In this document: piece by piece, positions 13,479 through 26,195 of the stretch
Position numbering within the stretch: the stretch's first letter is position 1
Layout: each line of letters opens with the position of its first letter
DNA from: the human T2T-CHM13v2.0 reference genome, Homo sapiens
Strand: one strand, 5' to 3'
Length of the DNA stretch: 64,000 bases
Assembly: GCF_009914755.1 (NCBI RefSeq)
Contig: NC_060940.1
Notes under the pieces: generated by a model
Databases searched by the model: none
What the model saw: the letters and a program-made list of their open reading frames with translations, nothing else
Told to the model about the DNA's origin: nothing
Program-made: the position numbers and the translations under genes

Positions 13479-13709
13479 TTACACAGACCTATAATAGAAA
13501 GACCATGGTCTATCTTAGGTCTCAATTGAGGGCCGTGAAATATGTGCTTAAATAAGAAGCTTTATAATAAAGCCCAAGATTCAAAATTTAGATTTGTGTG
13601 AAGAGGGTTAGGTATATCTGAGTTCTATAAAATGCGATGAGTAGAAAGGAGTGAAGTTGATAAATGATTGGGATTATACCAAGATTATAACAAATAACTG
13701 CTATTTACT

Positions 13710-13915
13710 GTCATTTTATTATGCTGCTGTAATCTCATTCAGTTAGTGGTTATCCTGTCATCCATTCCCAGAATTTCAAGTGTGCATTTGACAGGTGAGT
13801 AAACCTAGCTTTTTTATTATTTAATCCTCTTGCCGAGGAGCTCATCATTGCAGGTAGAGTTGACATTCAGAACAGTATGGCCCAGCTCTAGATCTCACAC
13901 TTCATCACCGGCTTA
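13710..13915 (-). mobile_element. MIR
   Basis: 'catttgacaggtgagtaaac..cttgccgagg..ggtagagttgacattcagaac'. Confidence 0.5.
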
Positions 13916-14734
13916 GACTGTCCTCTGGACAAGGTATTAAAGTGAGAATTAGGGAACACCAAGAGAGCCAACTTCTGGAAGTACTTGTCCATGTACGGGG
14001 AGGCAGGGGCTGCCTACAAAATACCAAGTTGTAAAGTTCATGGAGATATACGTGTGCATATTTGAAGGTGGAAGGATGAGATGGGGGTCAGAGAGATTTA
14101 TGTTATAAATGTAAAAAAATTAAAAAAAAAAAAAACAGACAACATCTGAGTGGGAGATGGGAGTGGAGGGAAGAGAGCTAGAGAGGCACCAGGCTATGGT
14201 CAGTAAAGCAAATGCTTATTTCCCTGAGTCATATAGGATTAGGTCAAATGAAGGAGATTTTAGTTTGGATCTGCCTTTTACCTGAACACAGTCTTGACAT
14301 AGCTCCATTTATCCTCTTTCTTCTTTGGTAAAGATAGGACCGCCTTTGACAGTTTAAACATATTCATCCAATTACATGTTAAATTCCGAGCAACACTAAA
14401 CCTCCTGTTGCGAAAATGCCCTGCAATACAGATTTGCAATCTTCTAGAACCATGATGTTTATCTAAATTGTCTGAGTTTCCTGACAGGATCGACAGACTA
14501 AAGAGAAGAGAATACTGTCAATTCTTTTGAGTATTTTAGCAGATTCTTAAAGAATTACACAAATCTTTAGCTTTTTTTTAATGTAACATGAATATTTACT
14601 TTCTGTTTTATTTAGAGACACTATTGCTTGATTTTACTGTGTTGAATACGCACGAATAGATCAACAATTTACCCTTCCTCTTTCTAAGCGATTGTTATTC
14701 TCCTAGAAATATGGACCGAGTAATTAAGAGAAGC

Positions 14735-14915
14735 CAGTTGTGCTGTGAGGTGGAAATAACATCAAATTGACAGTCAGAAAAAGAGAATTCTCTTCCTGAT
14801 TCCGCTATTAATCAGCAGAATAATCTCAAACCTGCCATAAACCTATCTGTGCCAAGTGCTTGTGTACAAAATGAGGAGGTTAGACTTTATAACAGATGAT
14901 CTCTAAAATATTGTC
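14735..14915 (+). mobile_element. MIR (MIR3-like)
   Basis: 'cagtcagaaaaagagaattctcttcctgattccgct..aacctatctgtgcc..aaaatgaggaggttagac..gatgatctctaa'. Confidence 0.55.
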
Positions 14916-15809
14916 TATTTTAAATCAATGAACACATTATTTGAAAATAAATTTCATTTTGTTTGAATAAAATTTGAATAAATATACAGCTCTCAGTGCT
15001 CATATCTTTTTCATGTCTCACCAATGAAAATCATGAGATTATTTTTGTAAACATTTAAAATGTCAATTTTTTCCAAAGAGAAGTTATTTTAAACTGTAAT
15101 AAACTATGTGTTCACTTTTCACAGAACTCTGTATCTTCTTTCTTAATAGCAGTGACATATCATGGACAATGTTATTAGAACTGCACATTTAGGCTGAAGA
15201 ATGAGTCCCTTAAACCTATCTTTCATACATGGATTTTAAAACCTAATATTTAGCAGACTTTGTTCAGTGATCTTAAGTTTAGTATATCAGTTTATTGAAT
15301 ATGTGCAAACAGTCCTTTGGAAAACTCCCTAATAAGCAATAGCATTTTACTAAAGATTTCTTCAAGAAAATCTAACGTGTGTAATATTAAAATAATATTT
15401 ATGCCTCTATGCACCATTTAATTTCCTCCACAAGCTTTGAGATATTGTCTTAGTTGGTAAAGGTATTAATTACTTTGAAAAGAGGAAGAAAGATCAATGG
15501 AAATGGGACAAATTAAATAATTTTATGTTTTAGGGAAATCTGGGCAAGGGACACAATACCAACTAGTTAGCTCTGATGGAAATACCCAAATTAGCACAGA
15601 TATTAACGTATATTTTTAGGGAAGGTTTTCAACATTATGTATTTAAAGCAGTAAGCAATGCTGGGTTTTTAAAAATTTTTTTTAGTCTTTAAATAAAAAA
15701 GCCATCATCTTAATTGCATTTTGTTTCATGCCTAAATTATAATATTCCTTTTATTGCAATGTAGTCATTTGTGTACATGTATGTTTCTTGTGTAGATTTC
15801 AGGTCTTAG

Positions 15810-16721
15810 TGTAAACCAAAAATAAAATGTTAAGCTCCCTGAACTGACTGAATGGACCCACTCTGGGCCAAGTAAAACCTGAAAAATTGAACTCCCAACC
15901 ATGATGGGAAGGGAGGTGGACACACCTCACTATACCCTCTCCCTTTTGGGGCTTAGGCCCAAGTAACCTAAGAGAGTCTGTTTCATCATCTTATGATCTC
16001 TATACTAAGTCATGACTATGACATAGGGGTCATAAAATTGATAAAACAGACTCTTTGTAGCAATGAGTTTGGTACCAAATTCCAATCTAACTCTGGTATG
16101 GCATCACAGGAAAGCAAGCCAACCCTAAAGGAAATAAAAATATTTTACCCCAAAGCATATTTTCTTGACACATTTTGAAACAACCCTGCAAAGCCATCTT
16201 TTGTATGCTAAATTTGAATCTATAATCTTCTTCCCTTTCTAAGTCTTTTGTTGATCTAAGAGAGATTAAAGGAGAGTTTGACACTTCAAGGTCTGAAAAG
16301 AGACATTTACCATATTCTTTCTAAGGCTGCTACCTGGTGGTTTCATCTGCATAACAAGAACCTTGGCTCTCACAAACCCCCTTACCTTAATTCAAACATT
16401 TACCTTAACTCTTTAGACAAAGCTTAACTCTCTCAACCAATTGCCAATAAGAGAATCTTTGCCTTCACCTATGACCTGTAAGCCCCTTCTTCAAGATGTC
16501 CACCTTTTTCAAGTCAAACCAATGCATATCTTACATGTATTGATTTATGTGTCTGCCTGTAACTTCTCTCACACTGAAATGTATTAAACCTAACTGGACC
16601 CTGACTACCTCAGGCACACTTTCTCAGGACCTCTGGAGACTATTCCCTGGGTCATGCATGGTCACTCATTGGCGCAGAACAAACCTCTAAATATTTTACA
16701 GTTCGGCTTTCTTTGTTAACA
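15810..16721 (+). mobile_element. ERV1 solo LTR, MER4 group (MER4B/D/E-like)
   Basis: TGTAAACCAAAAATAAAA...GTTAACA termini; perfect 4-bp TSD ttag. Confidence 0.85.
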
Positions 16722-16896
16722 TTAGCCTTGAACCCTGGGCCTTGAAAAATGTCTCTTCATAAGTAGCTGTTTGAAAGCTCCTACTCAATTTTTTGCGCTT
16801 ACTTTAGAAGTCACTACCTCAAGGAAGACTTCTCTGATTTCCCCAGGGTAAGCTAAGCCCTTTTATACCTATAGCTCATACCTTTTATACCTGTAG

Positions 16897-17286
<390 letters not shown>

Positions 17287-17321
17287 TAAGCTCCATGAAG
17301 ACAGGGATTTTGTCTGGTGGG

Positions 17322-17720
17322 TTTTTTTAAAATTTTACTTTAAGTTATGGAATACATGTGCAGAAAGTGCAGGTTACATAGGTGTACATGTGCCATGGTG
17401 GTTTGCTGCACCTATCAACCTGTCATCTAGGTTTTAAGCCCTGCATGCATTAGGTATATGTTCTAATGCTCTCCCTCCCCTTTCCCCCAACCCTTCAACA
17501 GGACTCAATGTGTGATATTCCCCTCCCTGTGTCCATATGTTCTCATTGTTCAACTCCCACTTATGAGTGAGAACATGGGGCATTTGGTTTCCTTTTCCTG
17601 TGTTAGTTTGCTGAGAATGATGGTTTCCAGCTGCATCCATGTCCCTGCAAAGGACATGAACTCATCCTTTTTGATGGCTGCATAGTATTCCATGGTGTAT
17701 ATGTGTCACATTTTCTTTAT
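17322..17720 (-). mobile_element. 5'-truncated L1PA (PA7/PA8-like) 3' end
   Basis: L1PA 3'UTR (tactttaagtt..catgtgccatggtggtttgctgcacc..cccacttatgagtgagaacatg); TSD core tctggtggg at 17313-17321/17721-17729. Confidence 0.92.
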
Positions 17721-17987
17721 TCTGGTGGGCTTTTAATTCAACCTCTGGAACTCGGCCCTGACTCTGACCCATAGTAGGTACACATGAGATCTTTCTTAAA
17801 AGAATATGAAACAATAAATAAATAAATCATACTGGAACCCGTGTAACATCTTCATATGTAGTAAATGTGGGTTAAAAATTACAGTATTGAATTTAGTCAG
17901 GTATGTTTATAAAAATTCCAGTTTTCTAAACACATCACTGATTCTATTCTGCACCCCCTGCCACCCCCAACTTTTTGGAAGTGTTTG

Positions 17988-18682
17988 TGTCACAAGAGGT
18001 GCAAAGTTAGAGATAACCAGGTGCATACCTGTTTGTTTCTTGCCACAATGTCAGGTTCTTATTAATGCTATTCCAATCACAAAAGCCATGAGCAACATGG
18101 AATTTCCAAGAAGGCAAAATTCTCCTTGGTACTTCCCATTCACTCAGAGGTCAGAGCCACAGGAACATGCAAGACACTCCACAAGTCAGTCAATATTGCA
18201 AACCACACGTAACAGTATACTTAACTCATATATAAATATTATAGACATTCCACAACAAACAAAGTAACATTTAAAGTCAAGAGAAAAGGAGACAGGAGAA
18301 AGCGTTAATGAACCAGCCCAGGGGAAGCTAAGAAGACAAAAGGAGTCCTGGTCTGGGCCAGGTGGTCAATTGGTCTTCAGGGAAGAGTGTTTGAGGTGGC
18401 AGAGCCTTTGGTGGCATATGCCACACTCTTACAAGTGTGATGTCAGTTAAGATGACCATTTTTAGTTGCTGAAGGCCTGCTCTTTTATAGTCATGGAGTC
18501 CTCTCAGAGAACTGGTGGTTAAGAGTGTGCTTGTTTGTGGCCTTATCTGGTTGGATGCAATCTTTATTTTTTTATTTGTTTATTATGCAGAAAGTCTTAT
18601 TCTTATTGGCAAAATGCCCTGTGAAATATAAAATGGAGTATTTTTCTAAGATGAGCTAGTTATGTCAAGGGTTCTCTATACA
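17988..18682 (-). mobile_element. Solo LTR, family not assigned
   Basis: TG...CA termini, perfect 5-bp TSD gtttg, minus-strand TATAAAAG near 18482-18489. Confidence 0.75.
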
Positions 18683-18933
18683 GTTTGCCTTTTTATTTGT
18701 AGGCCATTTGAGTGAGAAGGGCATTTCTATATAAGCAGATCCACTTTTTTCCTTTTTTGCTTTGTTTTTATACAATTGGAATAAAGGGCTTGCATTCCTC
18801 TTTAACACACAACACAGCAACGCAAACACACTGCTGCTAGAGTCGGATTTCTATTTAAGAATACAGTGCAATGCAGACCTGTGACAACAGTGCCTAAGAA
18901 CAGATGAAACATCAACACTAGCGTCTCATAAAG

Positions 18934-18973
18934 CCTAAAGAAAACACATTTTAACCTAAAGAAAACACATTTT
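18934..18973. repeat. 21-bp tandem duplication CCTAAAGAAAACACATTTTAA
   Basis: Directly visible. Confidence 0.85.
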
Positions 18974-19043
18974 GCTGTTTTCTCACTGAATGTTAAGCAC
19001 AATTACTTTCTCAAATGAGAGTAGTTCACAGCTGTGATACATT

Positions 19044-19045
19044 TA

Positions 19046-19079
<34 letters not shown>

Positions 19080-19091
19080 ATCTATCTATCT
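19044..19091. repeat. (TCTG)n(TCTA)n tetranucleotide STR
   Basis: Directly visible. Confidence 0.9.
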
Positions 19092-20007
19092 GCCACCTAA
19101 ATTTTTAAGAAGAAAAGCGATTCTTCTATTTGAGGAAATTTAAAAGAACAAAGTGAGGATTATCACTATAAATCATTATATTATGCCAAATGACAATGCA
19201 AAGCTTTGGTAAAGGTTTAAGTGTGTTAAATAAACCTTTATTTACATGCTCTTTTAAAATACGCTCTCATCTAAGCCTGACAAACATTCTTTAAAAAGTG
19301 TTGCATAAATTGCAATGTGAACCCCAAGGTCATCTCACTAATATCCCTTTATCCAATATATCTTGTTTGAGAATTCTCTTGAAAGGATCGAAGCATGTCA
19401 GATAAATTAAATAAAAGGAACAGATGTAGATTAAGAGTGATGTACATTCTGAGCTTGAACTTTTAATTTCACTAAATATTATTTTCCATCTTCATGATCA
19501 CATTATATTGAAATGTTGGAACTTCAATTTTCTCTACTATTTCATTTCATAAAGCCTCTGTCTCCTCTGAACTCCTAAGGAGATGTTAGCTTTAAATCAC
19601 TTTGACTTCACCCTTTGCAATTTACATATGTTGAAGAAATAAAAGCCTTTTCAAGAGTCACCATGGGGGCCTGAGAGGCCTCAAAGGAGTATTAAGACCT
19701 CGAGTCTAATGTGAGCTTCCTTGAACACAAAACACAAATCCTCCCTCTGGAATACTAATGGCTTTTGTGTACGGTTACACAATAGTTGAGGACTAGCCTG
19801 TGTATAAAACAGCCTTTGTGCTTGTGATTGAGAAATGCAACTCCAGCTCTGGGAGGAAAAAGGAGCTTTCCAGGGGTGGTTATTACATAGCCCAATTTAC
19901 ACAAGAATAATTAACAGAAACTTAGAAAGGCTGAAAAGCAGTACATACTCAAACTCTAATTCATGGGTTGTGCAGAACATGACTTGGGTTGAAACTCAGG
20001 TTTCTAT

Positions 20008-20566
20008 TGTTAGAAGAAAAACTTCAGACAAATTAAATGTAATAGTTTAATTGAGCAAAGAATGATTTGTGAATCAGGCAGCCCCCAGAACCAGAATAGG
20101 TTCAGAACAACTCAGGAGCCGCTACATGGCTGAATAACATTTATGGATAGAAAAAGGAAAGTTACACACAGAAAAGGGAAGTGAGGAGCAGAAACGACTG
20201 GATTGGTTACGGCTTGGAGTTTGCCTTATTTGAATATGGTTTGAACAGTGGGACCCTGTGATTAGCCAAAAACCGGCTACCGTGATTGGCTGAAAGTAAG
20301 CTATTTGTTACAAGAGTAGGTTACAATTTGAGGTGTGAGGATCACTCAGGAATTTGAGGTTGCAATGAACTATGACCTGCTCACTGCTCTGCAGCAGCCT
20401 GGGCAACAAAGGGGTTGACTATCTCTGGAAAAAAAAGAAAAAAAGAGGGGTAGGTTAAAATCTGCTTACACATCCAGTTAGGTTACAGTAAACTAGGTAA
20501 AGAGAAACCTTTAGGTTGAACTTAAAATATGTAAAGAGGCAAATTTAGGCTAAACTCAATTTAACA
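20008..20566 (-). mobile_element. MER57-family ERV1 solo LTR
   Basis: Minus strand starts TGTTAAATTGAGTTTAGCCTAAA..CCTAAAGGTTTCTC; 4-bp TSD ctat. Confidence 0.88.
20329..20444 (+). mobile_element. 5'-truncated old Alu (AluJ/FRAM right arm) inside MER57
   Basis: 'gaggttgcaatgaactatga..cactgc..cagcctgggcaaca' plus A tail; degenerate TSD gtaggtta(c/a)aat. Confidence 0.75.
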
Positions 20567-21086
20567 CTATAAAGATTCATTTAAAAGGGTATTTTCGATA
20601 TCTAAAATGTAGTGATGAGTTTCATCTTTGATAAATAACAGTGGATTTACTCGAAGTTATCAGCTTTCTCAAAGCTGCAGTTTTAGTTTATTTTCTGAGA
20701 ACATATGCTTGGTTTTAAATATCAACAGGATTCATTGCCAGAGCTCAAAAAGTTCAGGGCATGCTGATTTCCTGAAATAACCTGTGTACTGCATTTATAA
20801 TAGAACTTTCCTATATAATTCACACGTCATTAAACAGGCCAGGAAGGTTTTAAACATGACAGAGTGCCAAAATGTGTTACAAAATTCTTGGTGACGTTTT
20901 GGGTCTAGAAAAACCCAAAAGTTCATAAAAGCAACAATGAAGAATGCAAGCTGGAGCAAATCCTTGTTCTTAAATATGGCTGCACAATGTATCACTTCAA
21001 GAATTAAAAAATATATATATAAATAAAAAAATAAATAAGAATATCTGGGAGCTACTTTAGATAAAAATGAATTGGAGTCTCTGGGA

Positions 21087-21895
21087 CTGCGTTGTTCCAT
21101 ACAGGAGCCACTAGCCCAGGACCACTGCTGATCAGGTGAAGGTGAGAAGCCTGAATTAAGATGCACTGTAAGTGTAAAACTCACATTGGATTTCAAATAT
21201 TTACTCTGAAACCAACCGATATACTGACAGACTCAATATACTGACAAAGACTCAATATGCTGACAAAGACTTTGAACTATCTTTACACAGGCTCCTCTGA
21301 GCAATCTTTTCAACTAGGTCTTGTTCTTGAGCCCTCTCCTTAACCAATCTGCCAAGCCCAGTTTTAGTAAAAATCCTACTAATTTAATTTAGCAAGAATC
21401 TCTCCACCCTTGGTAGCTAATCACCCTTGATTTCTGATCAAGTTTCTCCCCATCTACCCTTAATGTCTTTGGCCTGCCTTTAGAAAGAAACCTGTTGAAC
21501 CAGTTTTGCAAGAATTCGTCTATACTTGACTTTGCCTCTTAAAAATTTTTTATCCACTGACCCCTCGATTCTGCTCATTGGCTGTAATTTGCCAGCTGTC
21601 TAGGTTGTATTCAGAGTTGAGCTCAATCACTTGTTTATTGTAATATTTTTGAATAATATCTATCTTTCTCTTTTTAACAAGTTTCCAGTGAAGAATTTCT
21701 CTTTAACAATATGAAAGAATATTTTTAAAATCAATATTTTTATATGGATTGCATGTTAAAATGATATTTGGAATACATTGGTTTAAATAAAATATATTAT
21801 TAGTCACCTGTTTCTTTTTACTTTTTTCCTAAGGTGGCTACTAGAAAATTTAGTTAAATATGTGATCTGCATTATATTTTTATTAGATAGCCCTG
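21087..21895 (-). mobile_element. MER33 (hAT-Charlie MITE), interrupted by an LTR
   Basis: 'gtaagtgtaaaactcacattggatttc', 'gtggctactagaaaattt'; perfect 8-bp TSD ctctggga at 21079-21086/21896-21903. Confidence 0.88.
21225..21708 (+). mobile_element. ERV1 solo LTR (MER31/MER67 group)
   Basis: TGACAAAGACT..caggctcctctgagc..cccagttttagtaaaaatcct..tctttaaca. Confidence 0.75.
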
Positions 21896-22069
21896 CTCTG
21901 GGAGTGATACCTGGGCATCAGTAGAAGACATTCCAGGTGATTAAATGTGCAGCCTGGATGGATGGTGACCTTGAATCTTTAATTAAACTAATGCTGGAAA
22001 AAAAATTGCATATATTTTATACCAATGTTATAGATTTTACTATGTGATAAATGTGATGATATGAGCTTT

Positions 22070-22240
22070 ACCCTTAACTTATCATAGCAACATGATATGG
22101 TAAATATTTATTATCCCCATTTTATGCATAGTAAAACGAAGCATGGGAGACAAAGTGTCTTCTTGCCCTACATCAGAGAGGTAGGGAAGGGTCAGTATTT
22201 GAAGTCAGCTAATTTGAATCAAGAGTTCCCATTACCCATC
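22070..22240 (-). mobile_element. MIR
   Basis: 'attatccccattttatgcatagtaaaacgaagcatgggaga..cttgccc'. Confidence 0.6.
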
Positions 22241-22339
22241 ATTCCTGACTATTAGAGATATTCTAGCATAGGCTAAGTTGAGCTGATTTTGTACTTGAAA
22301 TAGCAACATTAATGAAATGGATATGAATTACACTATATT

Positions 22340-22480
22340 TAATGCCTTCTATATATTTGCAGTTTTTAAAGCCAGCATATATATGTTTGACAATCCTCAC
22401 AGGCATTTATATAGGTGCTATCATCCCCATTTTATCAATTAAAAGACAAATTCTCAGATCAATTAAACTTGCCCCAAAGT
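22340..22480 (-). mobile_element. MIR
   Basis: 'aatcctcaca..aggtgctatcatccccattttat..aattaaacttgccccaaagtca'. Confidence 0.6.
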
Positions 22481-22809
22481 CAGGTCAGACTTATCTCACA
22501 TACGTCTCCCATAAAGGTTGGCTTGGTAGCCCTGCTTCCTTCTTGGCACTACAGTAAATTAACTCTTTCAAGAGGCTCCTGTGCTTTAAGTATAAAGCAT
22601 ATTTTCATCTGATTTAGATCATATTACTTATTGACAAAGAGTTTTTGAGCCAGCTAGTTCGGGGGTTAGTACTTGAATCTTTGCCATGGTATTGAGTCAA
22701 GTACGGCCTTGGGCAAAGAACATGGAACAAGGTGTTAGATTCGTCAAATGCAGATATCAATCTTAAGAGATTGGTTAAAATGCCATCTCAAATAGGATGC
22801 TTTCTTAAT

Positions 22810-23204
22810 TATTATTATTTTTTTTAAGAGACAGTCTCACTTTGTCACCCAGGCTGAAGTGCAGTGGCACAATAATAACTCACTGCAGCTAGACATCCTG
22901 GGCTCAAACGATCCTCCCCCATCAGCTTCCTAAGCAGCTGAGACTACAGCCACAAGCCACCATGCTCAGCTAGTTTTTATTTTTATTTTTTTGTAGAGAC
23001 AAGGTCTCTCTGTGTCCTGTGTCATCCATGCTGGAGTGCAGTGGTGCCCTCGAACTCTGGGCTCAAATTAAAATCTAATTTTTTTGTAGAGATGGGGTCT
23101 TGCTTTGCTGTCCAGACTCATCTTGAACTCCTGGTTTCAAGTCATCCTCCTACCTTAGCTTTCCAAAGTGTTGGAATTACAGACATGAGCCACTGCATCC
23201 AGCC
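22810..23204 (-). mobile_element. AluJ composite with an extra partial arm
   Basis: Right arm, partial arm and left arm; TSD gctttcttaa on both sides. Confidence 0.85.
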
Positions 23205-23394
23205 AGCTTTCTTAAATCCTTAGTAATATTTTTCATTTTTGTTTTCAAATATGGCTCTTCTGCTTTTGTTCTCAGCACTCTCTTTTGTTGTCCTTAATTC
23301 TAATGTCCATGCTATTTGTATATTAGCATCTCTAGACATCTCTTCTTCAGGCTAAATTATTGGACTGAACAATACAAGCATGAGCCAGTGTCCT

Positions 23395-23585
23395 AGAATT
23401 GAAGAAGCATAAGCTTTGGCATCAGAGGGCCATAATTTATTGACTTCCAAGTGACCTCAGCCACATAACTTCATATGGGAAATAAAGAAATGTATATTAC
23501 TTTTTCATTTGTATGAATTAAATGAGATTTCTATAAAAAATAATTGAGCATGGTGCTAAGGCCAGAGTAGGTAGTTAATAAAAAT
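23395..23585 (+). mobile_element. MIR
   Basis: 'gaagcataagctttggcatcaga..gtgacctcagcc..gaattaaatgaga..gagcatggtgct..agtaggta'. Confidence 0.6.
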
Positions 23586-24334
23586 GGAAGATCCATTTGC
23601 CCTTTCCTTTCCCTCTGTCCCCATAAGAAAGGATACATACACTTCAACAGATTCACAAGCCACTCATATAATACACACATATACACACCCACACTTTAGC
23701 CAAGAATGTTGTGTTCTGGTACCAACATGGACCAATAATACCCACAAAGTTCCCAACAGGACAATTTCAACACTCATTATTGACCCTAAATCCCTCCTCC
23801 CTTACCATTTGTTATCTCCACTCTTTACTCACAAGTGATGCATATTTTGAGTTTCTGTCCAAGAACATATCACCCCCACTTTTACTTGTGTGTTTTGCGT
23901 TGTCCTACAAGATATGCTCAAACCCTGACCCATAGTCCTATGGCCGATAATTTTTGGCCATGATCATCCCACCCAGGAGACAACTAGTTTCCTAAAGCCT
24001 GAATTCTGTGTATATCCTTTCTATTTTCATACAAATCTCCTCTGCGGTCATATTAGCCAATTTATGCCAAATTTTTCCTACTTTGTTTTTTAACGCATAG
24101 ATTCAATGCTAAGTCTTGTCTAGTAGATCAAATGGAATGGAACATTCTCTGGAAACTAGGATTTACAAGAGAGAGCTCATCAGCTTAGTAAATCAGAAAA
24201 TATTCCCCAATCCCTTCCCTTGCCGCCTAAAGCCAGAACTACTTTTACTACCAACTTACCGTTTAAGGAATGTGAGGTAGAGACTATTAATCGTCTATAA
24301 AAATCCACATCTTTCACAGAGAATTTTAGCTAGA

Positions 24335-24640
24335 TCCATCAGCATTATTCCCCAGTCTCCTTTCTGAAATATAGTTTGACTTCTGCTGGTATCATCTGAG
24401 ATCAGTGATGTGGCTGAAATTTTCTGGAGGTTCTCCTGTGGCCACAAGATCCAAGTTGACCTTAGTCATAGGTCTGGCTGTTGGTGTTTGCAATTGTCAG
24501 AGCAACTTTCTCTGTTGCCTGTGTCCATATGGTCTCTCATCATTCAATAGTCCAGCCCAGGGATCTTCATACGATCATGGTGGTGATCTTTCACAGTGGG
24601 ATTTGGTGTGAAGTAATGTGTGCCAGTTTTAAACTTCTAC
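24335..24640 (-). mobile_element. Old MaLR LTR fragment (MLT1G-J-like)
   Basis: 'gatccaag..agtcataggtctggc..tccatatggtctctcatcattcaatagtccagccc'. Confidence 0.5.
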
Positions 24641-24675
24641 TTTATGACAATAAGCATTAATTTTCCATGATGTGA

Positions 24676-25036
<361 letters not shown>

Positions 25037-26153
25037 ATTTTCCCCATGATTTCCTTCCTTTTCTCACCTGCTGGAAACCACACATGGTGATGACTCTGCT
25101 TCAAACATGTTGATAATCCTATTGGAACTATGTGTGGCTTATCAATAACTAAAAAGAGCCTGGGTCCTTGAACGATTGTGAGGATTGCAATTAAGCTACT
25201 GACCTGGCCTGTTTAACTGCCCAAATACATGAGAAAAACATAAATAATGCCTTGTTCTTCAAGCTGCTGTTTTGAGGCTCACCCTACCCCGAAACAAACC
25301 AAGTGGAGAACAAATCCAGCAAGAAGCTTTATAGTAGCTAACACGAAGATGAAGCACAGTAAGCTCAAGATTTTCACATTAACCGAAACCCAAAACAAAA
25401 TGTCAAATAGGCATATTCCAATTAATGGAATCAGAACACAAAACTTTTTCCTCCCAAATCCTCCCAAATTGAGGGGGATAACAAAATGAAAGAAAAGTGA
25501 AACCGTTTCTACCATGATGAAAACCATATAAAGAAGGGTTGTCTTTGTCTTGATATGAAATATCAATACCTATGAATATTAACATCTAATATAAGAATAT
25601 TAAAAAGAGAATATAATGACCTGAGCTATAAGTTTGTATAATGACAAATTCAGAACCACCATGCTGTCACTGAAACCTTATTAAGAATAATCGTCATTAA
25701 GTGACGATTGTTCTTTTACAATTTTCTTTTCATTTAGTTGTATCTACCGTGTGGCCAAGATCAATGCAATTTGTAAGTTTTACAGGACAGTTGAAGGAGG
25801 AGAGTTAAGTGATAGCATTTGAATAGCCCATAAAACATCAATTCTTATTATATGGGGGATAGTCACCTGTGGTTATTAAGTAAACTTCCCTAGAATGTTA
25901 TTAGTATTTTGTGTGGTTTTGAAAATATTCTCAAGGTTGTTCTTAAGAGGGTGAGAAATGGGGGAGAAATGGGGGAGTCCTCCTTTCCCTCACAGTGATA
26001 GCAACCTCTAATTCATTCTCTAGAGGCCACTTCTAGTCACACTTATCTATTAACTAAGAGAAAGTGTCCTAGAAAAAAGGATCCTGAAAAGAGGTAGTGA
26101 GTATTTGTTTTAATGGTGAACTTAGATACATCTTTTTACTTCCTGTCTTAAAG

Positions 26154-26157
<4 letters not shown>

Positions 26158-26195
<38 letters not shown>
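26158..26195. repeat. (CT)n microsatellite
   Basis: Directly visible. Confidence 0.9.

Larger units (their letters stand above)
20958..21960. mobile_element. MER5-type hAT MITE fragments (host of MER33)
   Basis: 'ggctgcacaatgtatcac', 'gagtctctggga..cctgggcatcagta..ccaggtgatt..tgtgcagcc'. Confidence 0.45.

Noticed and set aside
17887-18267. 126-aa ORF
   Set aside because: Non-ATG start and mostly inside a solo LTR; no retroviral protein motifs.
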